From assembly GCA_964637135.1 (NCBI GenBank), contig CAZWTX010000003.1, positions 1 to 64,000 on the forward strand: a stretch of DNA of 64,000 nucleotides, read 5' to 3'. This DNA is from an uncultured Methanospirillum sp. (lineage in GTDB: Archaea; Halobacteriota; Methanomicrobia; Methanomicrobiales; Methanospirillaceae). The stretch's first letter is position 1. The number at the start of each line of letters is the position of its first letter. This document shows, in pieces, positions 51,737 to 61,251 of this stretch. A model generated the notes under the pieces. It was not told the origin of the DNA, did not search any database, and was given only the letters and a program-made list of their open reading frames with translations. A program made the translations under genes and the position numbers.

Positions 51737-52976
51737 TCTCTTTTTTATTCGGTACCGGGCCTGTCCCCGAAGTCATATCTCCGGTTTCCCGTTTTATCTG
51801 CATCCGCTCGAGAAGGGCTAGCGCTTCCTCTTCAACGTGGATACCAGATACCCCGGCAGTATCAGAGAGGATCACGACTCCTGCAGGTATTCCCGGGTCA
51901 AAGGCGATGACCGCCTGGTGAGCGTTCGTCTCTCCTGCTTTTTTATAGATGACAGAACCGTCCGGCTGATGGACGATATCCCAGAACATTCCCTGTTCAA
52001 AGAGTATTGGCTCATATGACGTGACAGAGCGGGATACCTGGCTATACGCCATGGCATCATTGAGAGGAGTATCAGTAAGATTCATCGCCGCAGCAAGAAA
52101 GACCGCCATGTCATCGGCATCTGAGTGGATTCCTCCGCATGCAGTCCAGAATTCATTGAACCGGATAACCCGGGCTTCATCCCGGGGATATGCATATGCC
52201 CTGAATCCGGGTGCCCGCCGGGTGAGATCAGCAGTTGACCAGGATGTTCCCGTGCTTGTCATACCGAGCGGGGCACATACCCGTTCAGCTACCAGATCAG
52301 CATAGGAACGAGACTCTGCCCGGGAGATAATATCCCCGGCGATGGCAGCACCCAGATTGGAGTACAGGTACCCGGTTCCTGGAGTGAACAGGAGAGAGGT
52401 CGTTTTCACCTGTTGATAGGTCTCCCCTGCAGGGATCGTTTCGTAATATGCCATGGACTCTTCCAGCTGATCAGCCCATGGTGCTTCAGGATCTATCTCT
52501 TCGAAGATGGCAGGAACCACGGGAAGACCGGATCGGTGGGTGACCAGATCCGTTCCGGTGATCTCGCTCCCTTCCCGGTCAGGGAGTTGATACTCCTCCG
52601 GTAACCAGGTGTTCACCGGCGCTGAAAGCGTGTATATTCCTCGTTTCACGGCATCAGCCATAACCAGCCCGGTTATCACCTTGGAGATGGATCCAATCTC
52701 AAATATCGTCAGGTTATCCGGGGGAGTTCCGGTACCAAGAACACCATACGGATACCATGTGTAGCCTGATCCATCAACCAGGACAATAATGATGGCACCA
52801 CTCAGGTTATACTCAATAAGCGGCTGAATATACGGATCTATCTCTTCCTTTGACAGAAGAGAAAACCGGTTCCATCTTGCCTCTCTCCACGCATCTGGAG
52901 ACTGGTCATCTGCTTCCACGAAGATCGTGAAAACGCAGAAAACGACTACCAGAAGAAGGGGGATCACAGAGTTCAT
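51669..52976 (-). CDS. Secreted serine hydrolase, beta-lactamase/class C-like family
   Basis: FEIGSISK (SxxK), THRSG, YLYSN and KAG motifs; signal peptide. Confidence 0.9.
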   Translation of the reverse strand: MNSVIPLLLVVVFCVFTIFVEADDQSPDAWREARWNRFSLLSKEEIDPYIQPLIEYNLSGAIIIVLVDGSGYTWYPYGVLGTGTPPDNLTIFEIGSISKVITGLVMADAVKRGIYTLSAPVNTWLPEEYQLPDREGSEITGTDLVTHRSGLPVVPAIFEEIDPEAPWADQLEESMAYYETIPAGETYQQVKTTSLLFTPGTGYLYSNLGAAIAGDIISRAESRSYADLVAERVCAPLGMTSTGTSWSTADLTRRAPGFRAYAYPRDEARVIRFNEFWTACGGIHSDADDMAVFLAAAMNLTDTPLNDAMAYSQVSRSVTSYEPILFEQGMFWDIVHQPDGSVIYKKAGETNAHQAVIAFDPGIPAGVVILSDTAGVSGIHVEEEALALLERMQIKRETGDMTSGTGPVPNKKEIRYTGASLTEAVGYTGGGMVFR

Positions 52977-53278
52977 CAATGAATGATTCACTGGATCTCG
53001 GTGATATTAAAGAGTGATGAACAGGATGAGGACAATGAAGGGGATGACCGGGCTGATTTCTGGCATGGTAACCGGATGAACTCCGATGATATCACCCTGG
53101 CCTGAAGAAAAAGGAAAATTTCAGGCTTCTGTTCAGGCAGGTTTCAGATGGAGAAGATCACAGTGGTGATGCAACGCATGCCACAATCCGGTTTCATATA
53201 CGGACTGACCCCCTGATGATCCGGATTGAGATCCCCGGGATCGTAATCACTTCAAAAAAACGGATTTGTGAACCCATT

Positions 53279-54412
53279 TCACAATACACGGTCCAGGACT
53301 GTCCTGCCGGGGATACGTATATCTCTTGCCCACCGGTACACCATGCGCTGAAGGATGATCCCGACGAGAGCACAGACCAGACCACCAACCGCCCCCTGGA
53401 TGATGTAGGTAATACCCATGTCAGCAGTCACCGGAAAATTCCGGATACCACTGTTTGAAAGGACATAACTCATTCCACCAAACGCGAGAACACCGATGGA
53501 ACTGATAAAATATGAAGAAATCACAGCACGAGAGAGCGAATCACGGTCATAGATGAAACTATCGATCACCGGGCCGAGCGACGTGATAATAGCAGCCAGC
53601 GTAAACCAGAGAACCGATCCCCAGAAGAAAACAAGTGCCATCGGGATGAGCCCGGTGCCATCCCAATATGTTGACAGGATCGATGTTCCTTCCATGATCC
53701 CGATGATCGCAAATATGATCCCGCCGATGTAGGTGACGAAGGAGAACCTTCCCCGATACAGGGTGGTTTTCAATTCCGAGAACTCGCTCTTGAGAAACTC
53801 ATCCAGTGAAAATCCTTTGTACAGCAGGTATCCGCCAATCGCCGCAGCGATGATCATCGTGGCAATCTCCGGCCGGTTTATTCCATAACATATTGCATAC
53901 AGGAGAAGGGTAAGTCCCGGTAATACCAGAACAATCTTTGAGATCTTAGGATCGTTGATCAGTTTCTTGATGATGTAATACGTTCCTTCCAGGTTTGGCA
54001 TCTGCGACACGACAACCCGCTGGATGGAACTGATTGGAAGTTTGTTCTGGATGATGGGGAGAATGTATTCGTCCTCTCCCCCATCGGTCACAAGGATGCA
54101 GGAATCAACACCTAGGTCATGGACGAGGGTATCAATCATCCGGGCAATCTTCCGGTCGCCCTCGATGAACCTGAAGTGGTTCCCTCCGAGGACGGCAATA
54201 AATACCTCTTCTCCGTCCTTTTTCAACTTATCATACGTGGCGATGGCCTGGAAAATGGCATTCACATCAGAGTCTTCCGGATCAGCCAGGGCAAGTGTGA
54301 TGGCAGCATCAAGACAGGCCTCCCGCCCGATAACCGGACTCTCTATGGAAGCTTTAAAGCCGATATCATCATCCCGGTCGATATTTAGTATTAATGTCCG
54401 AGAAGAACCCAT
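53279..54412 (-). CDS. DUF373 family membrane protein
   Basis: IDRDDDIG, DPEDSDVN, TDGGEDE and RVVVSQ..NLE.TYY motifs followed by TMs. Confidence 0.9.
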   Translation of the reverse strand: MGSSRTLILNIDRDDDIGFKASIESPVIGREACLDAAITLALADPEDSDVNAIFQAIATYDKLKKDGEEVFIAVLGGNHFRFIEGDRKIARMIDTLVHDLGVDSCILVTDGGEDEYILPIIQNKLPISSIQRVVVSQMPNLEGTYYIIKKLINDPKISKIVLVLPGLTLLLYAICYGINRPEIATMIIAAAIGGYLLYKGFSLDEFLKSEFSELKTTLYRGRFSFVTYIGGIIFAIIGIMEGTSILSTYWDGTGLIPMALVFFWGSVLWFTLAAIITSLGPVIDSFIYDRDSLSRAVISSYFISSIGVLAFGGMSYVLSNSGIRNFPVTADMGITYIIQGAVGGLVCALVGIILQRMVYRWARDIRIPGRTVLDRVL

Positions 54413-54482
54413 CAGAGTGATGTTTATTCTGTATCTATAAATGCATTCTTCGGTCAGGGGAAAAAAGGGTGAGAAAAAGGGA

Positions 54483-55343
54483 TTATAGGAGCTTTGAACG
54501 CTGAAGCAGGAGAAGATCCTCGGTTGTGAGTTTCTCCCCGGCCTTGAACTGGGAGAAGATCTGTTCTGCTTCCTTGCGGACTTCTTTCTGTTCCTTCGTG
54601 TTCTTGACTTTCTTGGTCTTCTTGCGGATTCCGCCGATGACCTTATCGTAGTCACGAAGTTCCTTCTGGGTGGAGATGAACAGTTTGTGCTCGTTGTCTG
54701 CCGCTTCCTGTGCCTCGACAAACTGCTTGTGGGCCGCATCTGCCTGCTCGCGGGATGCATCAGCTTTCCGGTAGCACTCAACCATCAGGTCGTGGTGCTT
54801 CTGGGCATCCTCGGCAAGAACAGTAACCCGTTCGTGGATCTCTGATGCCTGTCGCCGGTATTCTTTTGCCTCGGCAATTTTCTCGCGAATTTCCTTGTTC
54901 TGCTCAATTTCTGCCTCCTGATCACGGAGTTGTTCCTTGAGCAGTTTGATCTTCTCAATGAGTTCGCGTTCCTTCTCGGTGGTGAAGACCTCGGTCTGCT
55001 GTCTGAATTCAAGGTGCTCAATCTGCTTGTGAAGCTCCTTGATACCGCGGTTCTTCGTGCTTCCGTGGTCTTTCTTGAAAGATTCGATCTCGTTGAAGAT
55101 GACGTTGGCCTTCTCGTTGAACTCATTCCGCTTCTCTTTGAGTTCCTGCACTTCCTTATTGAACTGGTCGCGGAGTTCCTTGTGTTTCTGGGCCTCGTCC
55201 ACAAATTCCCGGGTCTGGTTGTTGAGTGTATTGCGTTCACGGGCAAACTGGCTTGCCTGGGCATTAAACTCGTTTCGTTTGGTCTTGTGGTCTTCAGAAG
55301 TGTTGATGCTTACCTTTCTCTTGTCTATCAGATCGTCAATCAT
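54483..55343 (-). CDS. Archaeal long coiled-coil protein (COG1340-like)
   Basis: Entirely E/K/Q-rich heptads; LEFRQQT, EKERELIEKI and GEKLTTEDL motifs. Confidence 0.88.
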   Translation of the reverse strand: MIDDLIDKRKVSINTSEDHKTKRNEFNAQASQFARERNTLNNQTREFVDEAQKHKELRDQFNKEVQELKEKRNEFNEKANVIFNEIESFKKDHGSTKNRGIKELHKQIEHLEFRQQTEVFTTEKERELIEKIKLLKEQLRDQEAEIEQNKEIREKIAEAKEYRRQASEIHERVTVLAEDAQKHHDLMVECYRKADASREQADAAHKQFVEAQEAADNEHKLFISTQKELRDYDKVIGGIRKKTKKVKNTKEQKEVRKEAEQIFSQFKAGEKLTTEDLLLLQRSKLL

Positions 55344-55650
55344 ATCTATCAAATCCTCGTTGAACTAAGGCACGTCTGGTTGCCTCTCCTGTAGAGGTGT
55401 GACATACGCGAGAACAATCTGGAGTATACGTAAGAGAGATGTGCGAAAATGAGCAGAATCAGGGATACCAACGATGCATGCCCGGAAATCAGGCCAATCC
55501 ACCCGGTCTGGGCGAAAAGAAGTTCACCTGTTCGACAACTTTTCTTGTTCGCTACACGATCCACGTATGTTCGACTCCCAATACCCGAAGGGTTTTCCAA
55601 AGAAACCTTCGTATTCAGTTTTCGCGAAGGGAACCTAAAGTGACCTTCTA
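55344..55650 (-). ncRNA. Candidate structured 5' leader RNA of the coiled-coil gene
   Basis: TATA-like GAAATATTTAAA at about 55673-55684 (minus strand), then several hairpins and a 9-bp long-range helix. Confidence 0.5.
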
Positions 55651-55752
55651 TTATTTAGATGACACAAAGAGGTTTAAATATTTCGTGAAAACCGGGAGAG
55701 GATGAAGAGAAAAGGGTATATGAGGTTTTGGCAGATTTCGTAGCAGGATTCT

Positions 55753-56922
55753 CTACATCCACATAATTTCCGGCCCGCTGGCATAATCCATTGCGGCTGC
55801 CGGGGACCGGGACTTGATCCGGGAAATATCGGGTGACTTCGGGTACCGGACCTTCTCCTCGATCTGTTCGAGTTTCTCGCGGTAGGGGTGCTTTGGCGCG
55901 GCAACGACATCGCCATTCTTGACCCCGGTCATGATGGCCATAACACGGACCTTTCCTTCCATGTCATTGCGGATCCTGGCGCCCCAGATAACATCTGCGT
56001 GGGCATCGAGTTCGTATGTCAGAGAGGAAGCGATCTCTTCAGACTCGATAAGGGTCAGGTCACTGCCACCGGTGATATGGATCAGGGCACCTGTTGCTCC
56101 GCGGTAATCGATGTCAAGCATCGGGTTTGAGAGACATTCACGAACCACGCTCTCGGCCTTGTTCTGCTGCTTGGATTCACCGACAAGCATGGTTGCAACT
56201 CCGCCCTTGCTCATGATGGCGCGAACATCAGCGTAATCGATGTTGATGAGTGACGGTTCTGTGATGGTCTCAGTGATCCCCTTGACGGTCTCTCCGATGA
56301 GCTGATCCATTACTGAGAATGACTGGCCCAGTGGCAGGTTTGGAACGAAACTCTTCAGCCGGTTGTTATCGAGAAGAATCACCGAGTCACAGGCCTTGGA
56401 CATAGATTCCAGACCATCCTCTGCACGGATGAGACGTGCCTTCTCGACATCGAACGGGTAACTTACCATACCCACCACGATGGCTCCCTGATCCTTGGCG
56501 ATCTGGGCAACAACCGGTGCGGAGCCGGTTCCCGTTCCGCCACCCATGCCGGCGGTAATGAAACAGAGGTCTACAGAATCCAGGAGGGATTCAAGCGTCG
56601 GACGAGCCATCTCTGCAGCCTTCCGACCAACTTCCGGGTAACCCCCGGCTCCGAGACCTTTTGTCAGGCTTTTCCCGATCAATATGCGCTTGTCAGACTG
56701 GATCATGTCCAGGTGCTGCTTGTCAGTGTTGATGGCAATCGTTTCAGCACCCTGGACACCCATGTGGTGAAGCCGGTTAATCGTGTTGTTTCCAGCCCCT
56801 CCACAGCCGATTATGACAATACGTGGCTGACCGTCAAGGTCATCCTCGTATGAATGCGCTGCGTTTTTGATCTCTTTTTCTCGCTCTGCGTTGATGACTG
56901 CTGCATTGATGATACTCTGCAT
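55753..56922 (-). CDS. ftsZ: Cell division protein FtsZ (FtsZ2 type)
   Basis: GCGGAGNN, GGGTGTG and NIDYADV motifs; cdrS lies directly upstream. Confidence 0.96.
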   Translation of the reverse strand: MQSIINAAVINAEREKEIKNAAHSYEDDLDGQPRIVIIGCGGAGNNTINRLHHMGVQGAETIAINTDKQHLDMIQSDKRILIGKSLTKGLGAGGYPEVGRKAAEMARPTLESLLDSVDLCFITAGMGGGTGTGSAPVVAQIAKDQGAIVVGMVSYPFDVEKARLIRAEDGLESMSKACDSVILLDNNRLKSFVPNLPLGQSFSVMDQLIGETVKGITETITEPSLINIDYADVRAIMSKGGVATMLVGESKQQNKAESVVRECLSNPMLDIDYRGATGALIHITGGSDLTLIESEEIASSLTYELDAHADVIWGARIRNDMEGKVRVMAIMTGVKNGDVVAAPKHPYREKLEQIEEKVRYPKSPDISRIKSRSPAAAMDYASGPEIMWM

Positions 56923-56941
56923 ACTTAAATCCCCCTCACAT

Positions 56942-57112
56942 CTAAAATGACAGTTGATCACTGTCGACGAGTACGCGGGTAGCCCGCTTCTCGATGAGTT
57001 CACGTACTGCATCCCGGATTGCCTCACTGACGGTGGGAAATTCACCTGCTTCCACCATCCGTTCAAGCAGGGATATCTGCTGTTCAGGCAATCTGATGGT
57101 AATACGTTTCAT
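56942..57112 (-). CDS. cdrS: Ribbon-helix-helix regulator CdrS (absent from the ORF track, 56 aa)
   Basis: Manual translation [63 protein letters not shown]. Confidence 0.92.
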   Translation of the reverse strand: MKRITIRLPEQQISLLERMVEAGEFPTVSEAIRDAVRELIEKRATRVLVDSDQLSF

Positions 57113-57127
57113 GACGTTTGCTCCTGT

Positions 57128-57191
57128 GATCTGACATATGTCGGTCAGTTGTCGGGCGATTGTCAGACATCTGAAAGACGATAGTCAGACG
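57128..57191. repeat. Six degenerate TGTCnGAC(A/G) boxes at 11-bp period
   Basis: Boxes start at 57128, 57139, 57150, 57161, 57172 and 57183. Confidence 0.75.
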
Positions 57192-57305
57192 CAAAGGGAT
57201 AATCTAACTAGCATTTACAGATATATATGCTTTTTCATAATATTGAGAAAGATCACGCGGATTGAAAAAATAACCCAGATAAAAAAGATATTGGAGATTT
57301 ACGGG

Positions 57306-58289
57306 ATGAAATTGGACAAAGCAGTTCATGGGGGAAGGGGGAGAACCCTGACAAAGGCAGGTATATCCATCATCGATTTCAGCGCAAACCTCAACCCGGC
57401 ACCACCGGATCTGGATCTTACGCTCACCCGTGAATCAGCCGGATACTACCCGGACGACAGTTATTCAGATTTAAAGCAGATAATCGCCGACCATCATCAC
57501 CGTAATCCAAATGAAATCTGTGTAGGAAACGGATCAGCAGAAGTGATACGCACTCTCTGCCATACCGTTCTCAGTCCGGGGATGACCGTGTACATCCCGC
57601 AGCATACCTTCTCGGAGTATGCGCTCTCAGCCCGGCTGACCGGAGCCACGATCACTCACACCAGACAACCGGCAGACCTCTCGTTCCTGTGCAATCCGGA
57701 TAACCCGTCCGGTCTTCTCACCCCCCGGCAGGAAGTCCTTGCCATTCTGGAGTCTGTTCCTGCCGGCGGTATCCTCTGTATTGATGAAGCATTCATCGAT
57801 CTCGCAGATCCTACCCATTCTGTTTCAGATGTGATCGACAACCGCCTGTTTGTCCTCCGGTCCCTGACAAAGAGTTTTGCCTGCCCGGGAGTCAGATTCG
57901 GATACGGAATCGGATCTCCGGAACTGGTTGAACGCCTTGAGGTGATGCGGCCCCCCTGGACGGTCGGAGCTCATGCGGAAGCAATGGCGATGCAGGCTTT
58001 TTCCCGGTATGCACTGCTTGAGAGATCACGGATGTACATCGCTTCCGAGCGAGACCGGATGATGACCATCATCAGAAATCTTGGCTATACCTGTGATCCC
58101 GGGAGTGCAAATTACCTCCTTATACACACCGGAACACGAGCAGATATCCTTACCGAGGCCCTTATCAGGAAAGGGATTCTGGTCAGGGACTGCACCTCGT
58201 TCGGACTGCCGGACTGTATCAGGGTTGCAGTACGGACTGCTGATGAAAACAGCCGGCTCCTGGAGGCATTAACGGCATGTACGCCCTGA
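57306..58289 (+). CDS. cobD: Threonine-phosphate decarboxylase CobD-like PLP enzyme
   Basis: HGG, DFSANLNP, CNPDNP, DEAFID and RSLTKSF..PGVRFGY motifs; adjacent to cobY. Confidence 0.8.
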   Translation: MKLDKAVHGGRGRTLTKAGISIIDFSANLNPAPPDLDLTLTRESAGYYPDDSYSDLKQIIADHHHRNPNEICVGNGSAEVIRTLCHTVLSPGMTVYIPQHTFSEYALSARLTGATITHTRQPADLSFLCNPDNPSGLLTPRQEVLAILESVPAGGILCIDEAFIDLADPTHSVSDVIDNRLFVLRSLTKSFACPGVRFGYGIGSPELVERLEVMRPPWTVGAHAEAMAMQAFSRYALLERSRMYIASERDRMMTIIRNLGYTCDPGSANYLLIHTGTRADILTEALIRKGILVRDCTSFGLPDCIRVAVRTADENSRLLEALTACTP

Positions 58290-58912
58290 TAATGGCGGGG
58301 GGCCGTGCAAACCGGATGAACCGGAATGAAAAAGCCCTCATCCGGCTCCTCGGAAAACCCCTCATGCAATACACACTGGAATCAACCCGGTCAGCCGGGC
58401 TGAACCCGGTGGTGATCACCACCCGCAAAACCCCCTTTACCATCAACTACTGCCGGGCAACCGGTACTGACTGGATCTGCACGGAGGGAAAAGGATATGT
58501 TGCAGATCTCATCGAATCAGCAGAGGTTCTGGAGATAAAAGACCCGTTCTTCTCCATGTGTGTCGATATCCCCGGACTGAACGGGGATCATATCAGGATG
58601 ATTCTTGACATATATGAACGGTCTGCCCATCCCGCGTTGTCGGTCTGGGTTCCCTGTTCAGTACACCATACATATGGAATACCGCCGGTCTACTCAGAGC
58701 AGGTAAACGGCATTCCTGCATCACCGGCAGGGGTGAATATTCTCCTCGGTAGTATGGTCACATTTGAACAACCCGAAGAGATGCTCATCATCGACGATCC
58801 TGCCCTTGCCTTCAACCTGAATTGCCCTGAAGACCTTGCCCGGGCGGAGGCATTCTTCTCCGGCAGGTCATCAACAATCCTGCCGACCAACCCTGATATG
58901 CTTCCGCGTTGA
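58277..58912 (+). CDS. cobY: Adenosylcobinamide-phosphate guanylyltransferase
   Basis: ALIMAGGRANRM..EK, GYVADL, AGVNI and NLN motifs. Confidence 0.82.
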   Translation: MYALIMAGGRANRMNRNEKALIRLLGKPLMQYTLESTRSAGLNPVVITTRKTPFTINYCRATGTDWICTEGKGYVADLIESAEVLEIKDPFFSMCVDIPGLNGDHIRMILDIYERSAHPALSVWVPCSVHHTYGIPPVYSEQVNGIPASPAGVNILLGSMVTFEQPEEMLIIDDPALAFNLNCPEDLARAEAFFSGRSSTILPTNPDMLPR

Positions 58913-58922
58913 CCTGTAGTAC

Positions 58923-60149
58923 ATGAGTTACTCCCGGGAGATCGAACTGGAAGGCCACATCATCGACTCCGGGATCATGGAGCACGTCCTAGATACCATC
59001 CTTGAGATGGGTGGAGACTTTGAGATCCTGGAGTTTGATGTTGGGAAGAAGAAGACCGATACAAGCTATGCACGGGTCAGTATCATCTCCCCGTCTCCGG
59101 ACTGGTTAAATGAGATCGTCAGCCGGCTCCACCGGCATGGTGCACAACTCGTCGATAACGAGGATGTCACGCTTATGCCGGCCGAGGGGCCCCGCATAGT
59201 GCCAAAAGGATTCTACTCGACAACGAACTATCCTACCCAGATCCGGATCAACGGTACCTGGATAGCAGTTGATAACATTGAGATGGACTGTCTCATCGTC
59301 GTTACACCGGATCTCAAAACTGCCCGGACAAAAACCATGTCCGGCCTCCAGAAAGGAGATCTCGTGGTTATCGGCGAGGAAGGGGTGAAAATCAGGCCTC
59401 CGGAACGACCGAGGAGCCATGAGATGTTTGAGTTCATGGGGGGAACCATCTCTTCTGAACGGCCCACAGAGACGACGGTATCAAAAATAGCCCGTGAAAT
59501 CATAGATACACATCAGAAAGGACTAAAGGTGGCCCTGGTCGGCGGACCGGCGATCATCCATACCGGTGCTGACGATGCCTGTGCTGCCATGTTCAGGGAG
59601 GGACTGATTGATATTCTCTTTGCAGGAAATGCCCTTGCGACTCATGATATCGAGTACAATCTCTTCGGAACCTCCCTCGGGATGGACATCAGGACCGGAG
59701 AGCTCGTATCAGCAGGGCATAAAAATCATATCTATGCAATTAGTGAAGTCATGCGTGCCGGGTCCATCCGCAAGGCCGTTGAAACAGGGATCATCAGTTC
59801 AGGAATTATGTATGAGTGTATCAGGAGAAATGCCCCCTTTGTCCTCGCCGGATCCATTCGCGATGACGGTCCGCTTCCTGATGTCATTACAGACACCATG
59901 GCTGCCCAGGACGAGATGCGGCGGTATGTGCCCGAGATAGGGATGGTCCTGATGGTTGCAACCATGCTCCATTCCATTGCGGTCGGAAACTGTCTCCCGG
60001 CATATGTTAAGACCGTCTGCGTGGATATCAACCCGTCAGTCCTGACCAAACTCATGGACCGGGGAACTTCACAGGCAATCGGAGTGGTGAGCGATGCAGG
60101 AGCGTTCTTCCCAATGCTTCTCGAGCAGATCCATACCCTTCAGAAATAA
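58923..60149 (+). CDS. TIGR00300 family protein (ornithine cyclodeaminase-like, AgrE/ArgZ C-terminal type)
   Basis: EGHIIDSG, FYSTTN, AGNALATHDIE, GSIRDDGPLP and KLMDRG motifs. Confidence 0.88.
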   Translation: MSYSREIELEGHIIDSGIMEHVLDTILEMGGDFEILEFDVGKKKTDTSYARVSIISPSPDWLNEIVSRLHRHGAQLVDNEDVTLMPAEGPRIVPKGFYSTTNYPTQIRINGTWIAVDNIEMDCLIVVTPDLKTARTKTMSGLQKGDLVVIGEEGVKIRPPERPRSHEMFEFMGGTISSERPTETTVSKIAREIIDTHQKGLKVALVGGPAIIHTGADDACAAMFREGLIDILFAGNALATHDIEYNLFGTSLGMDIRTGELVSAGHKNHIYAISEVMRAGSIRKAVETGIISSGIMYECIRRNAPFVLAGSIRDDGPLPDVITDTMAAQDEMRRYVPEIGMVLMVATMLHSIAVGNCLPAYVKTVCVDINPSVLTKLMDRGTSQAIGVVSDAGAFFPMLLEQIHTLQK

Positions 60150-60150
60150 C

Positions 60151-61137
60151 TCAGCGTGTCAGGGGCATCGCCCATGACTGCTCACAAGCAAGTACACATT
60201 CCCATTCTTTTTTGCAAGAACAATCGGTATCAAGGACTGAACGCATCAGTTCCCGGTCACCATTCAGATTATAATCGCGAATAGCATCAAGGATGAGCCG
60301 ATCACAGGAACCACAGTTATGGGGTCCGCGGCTCTGACCTCCCCCCAGGGGGTCGCAGGTGATATGCAGTTCAGACTCGGCCATGACCCTGACAACGCTC
60401 CAGAGATACGGCGGCCGGTATCCACCTTGTTTCCATAACCGCTCCACCAGGGTATTGCGTTGCACCGTACAGGGATTCAGGGAGATGAGATCCGTGTACG
60501 GGGTAATATCATGCACAGACCGGAGCATGTCTTCCAGGGATTCGCGTTCGGTCAGATACGGAGGTTTCTGAAGAAGATACGTCTTCACGAGTCCGCCAGC
60601 CTGATGGATCTCCTCCGTTCTCCGAACATACTGTTCAAAGGTAATCCCTTTGTCAATACTCTTTTCCCGGATACGATCTGACGAGGTTTCCAGTCCGATA
60701 GCAACGATCAGTTTTCCATCTCCGGTATCCTGATTCATCTGCCGGATAAAGCCGGATATTTTTTCTCCGGATACATAATCGGCCCGGCATTCAACGACCA
60801 GTGATCTGCCAGCAGCAATACCGGCCACTTCATCCCTGACCGGAGGAGGAACTTCGGCATCATCAAAAAAACTTCCCGAAGTGTACAGCTTTATCAGCTG
60901 TGGATCCTGATTCACGACCTGTTCCCTGAATACTGCCAACTGTTCAGTCATGTATTCGATAAGTTTGCCGGTGGTCACTCCCGGGATCCGCTCATGCCGG
61001 TACTGGCACATGTGACACCGGTTCCAGGAGCATCCCCCGGATCGGATTATTGCAGTGGTACTGGTAAGGACCGATCCTAAAACCCGGTCTTCACCCCCCC
61101 ATATTGCGATCGGACGAGAATAATCAATAACTTTCAT
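60151..61137 (-). CDS. Archaeosine-biosynthesis radical SAM protein RaSEA (TIGR01210-like)
   Basis: GCSWNRCHMC, KLYTSGSFFD, GLET, YRPPYLWS and RGPHNC motifs. Confidence 0.88.
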   Translation of the reverse strand: MKVIDYSRPIAIWGGEDRVLGSVLTSTTAIIRSGGCSWNRCHMCQYRHERIPGVTTGKLIEYMTEQLAVFREQVVNQDPQLIKLYTSGSFFDDAEVPPPVRDEVAGIAAGRSLVVECRADYVSGEKISGFIRQMNQDTGDGKLIVAIGLETSSDRIREKSIDKGITFEQYVRRTEEIHQAGGLVKTYLLQKPPYLTERESLEDMLRSVHDITPYTDLISLNPCTVQRNTLVERLWKQGGYRPPYLWSVVRVMAESELHITCDPLGGGQSRGPHNCGSCDRLILDAIRDYNLNGDRELMRSVLDTDCSCKKEWECVLACEQSWAMPLTR

Positions 61138-61251
61138 TTTTTCCCATATGTTGGCAGAAGCAATCTCTTCTACCGATCTCCATAACCAACATACTATTAC
61201 GCTCTGCCGGTAAAATGTACCCGAACAGAAGTTTCTGTAGGTGACAGAAGC

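Noticed and set aside
52992..53278. Short ORFs between the serine hydrolase and DUF373 genes
   Set aside because: No coding signal I can support
54483..55343. Phosphoserine phosphatase label sometimes given to this family
   Set aside because: No HAD DxD motif; the sequence is pure coiled coil
55344..55650. RNase P RNA or SRP RNA
   Set aside because: Lacks the GAGGAAAGTCC-type P4 and SRP helix-8 signatures; kept as an unknown structured leader
57128..57191. CRISPR or mini-array
   Set aside because: Units are only 11 bp, with no spacers and no cas genes
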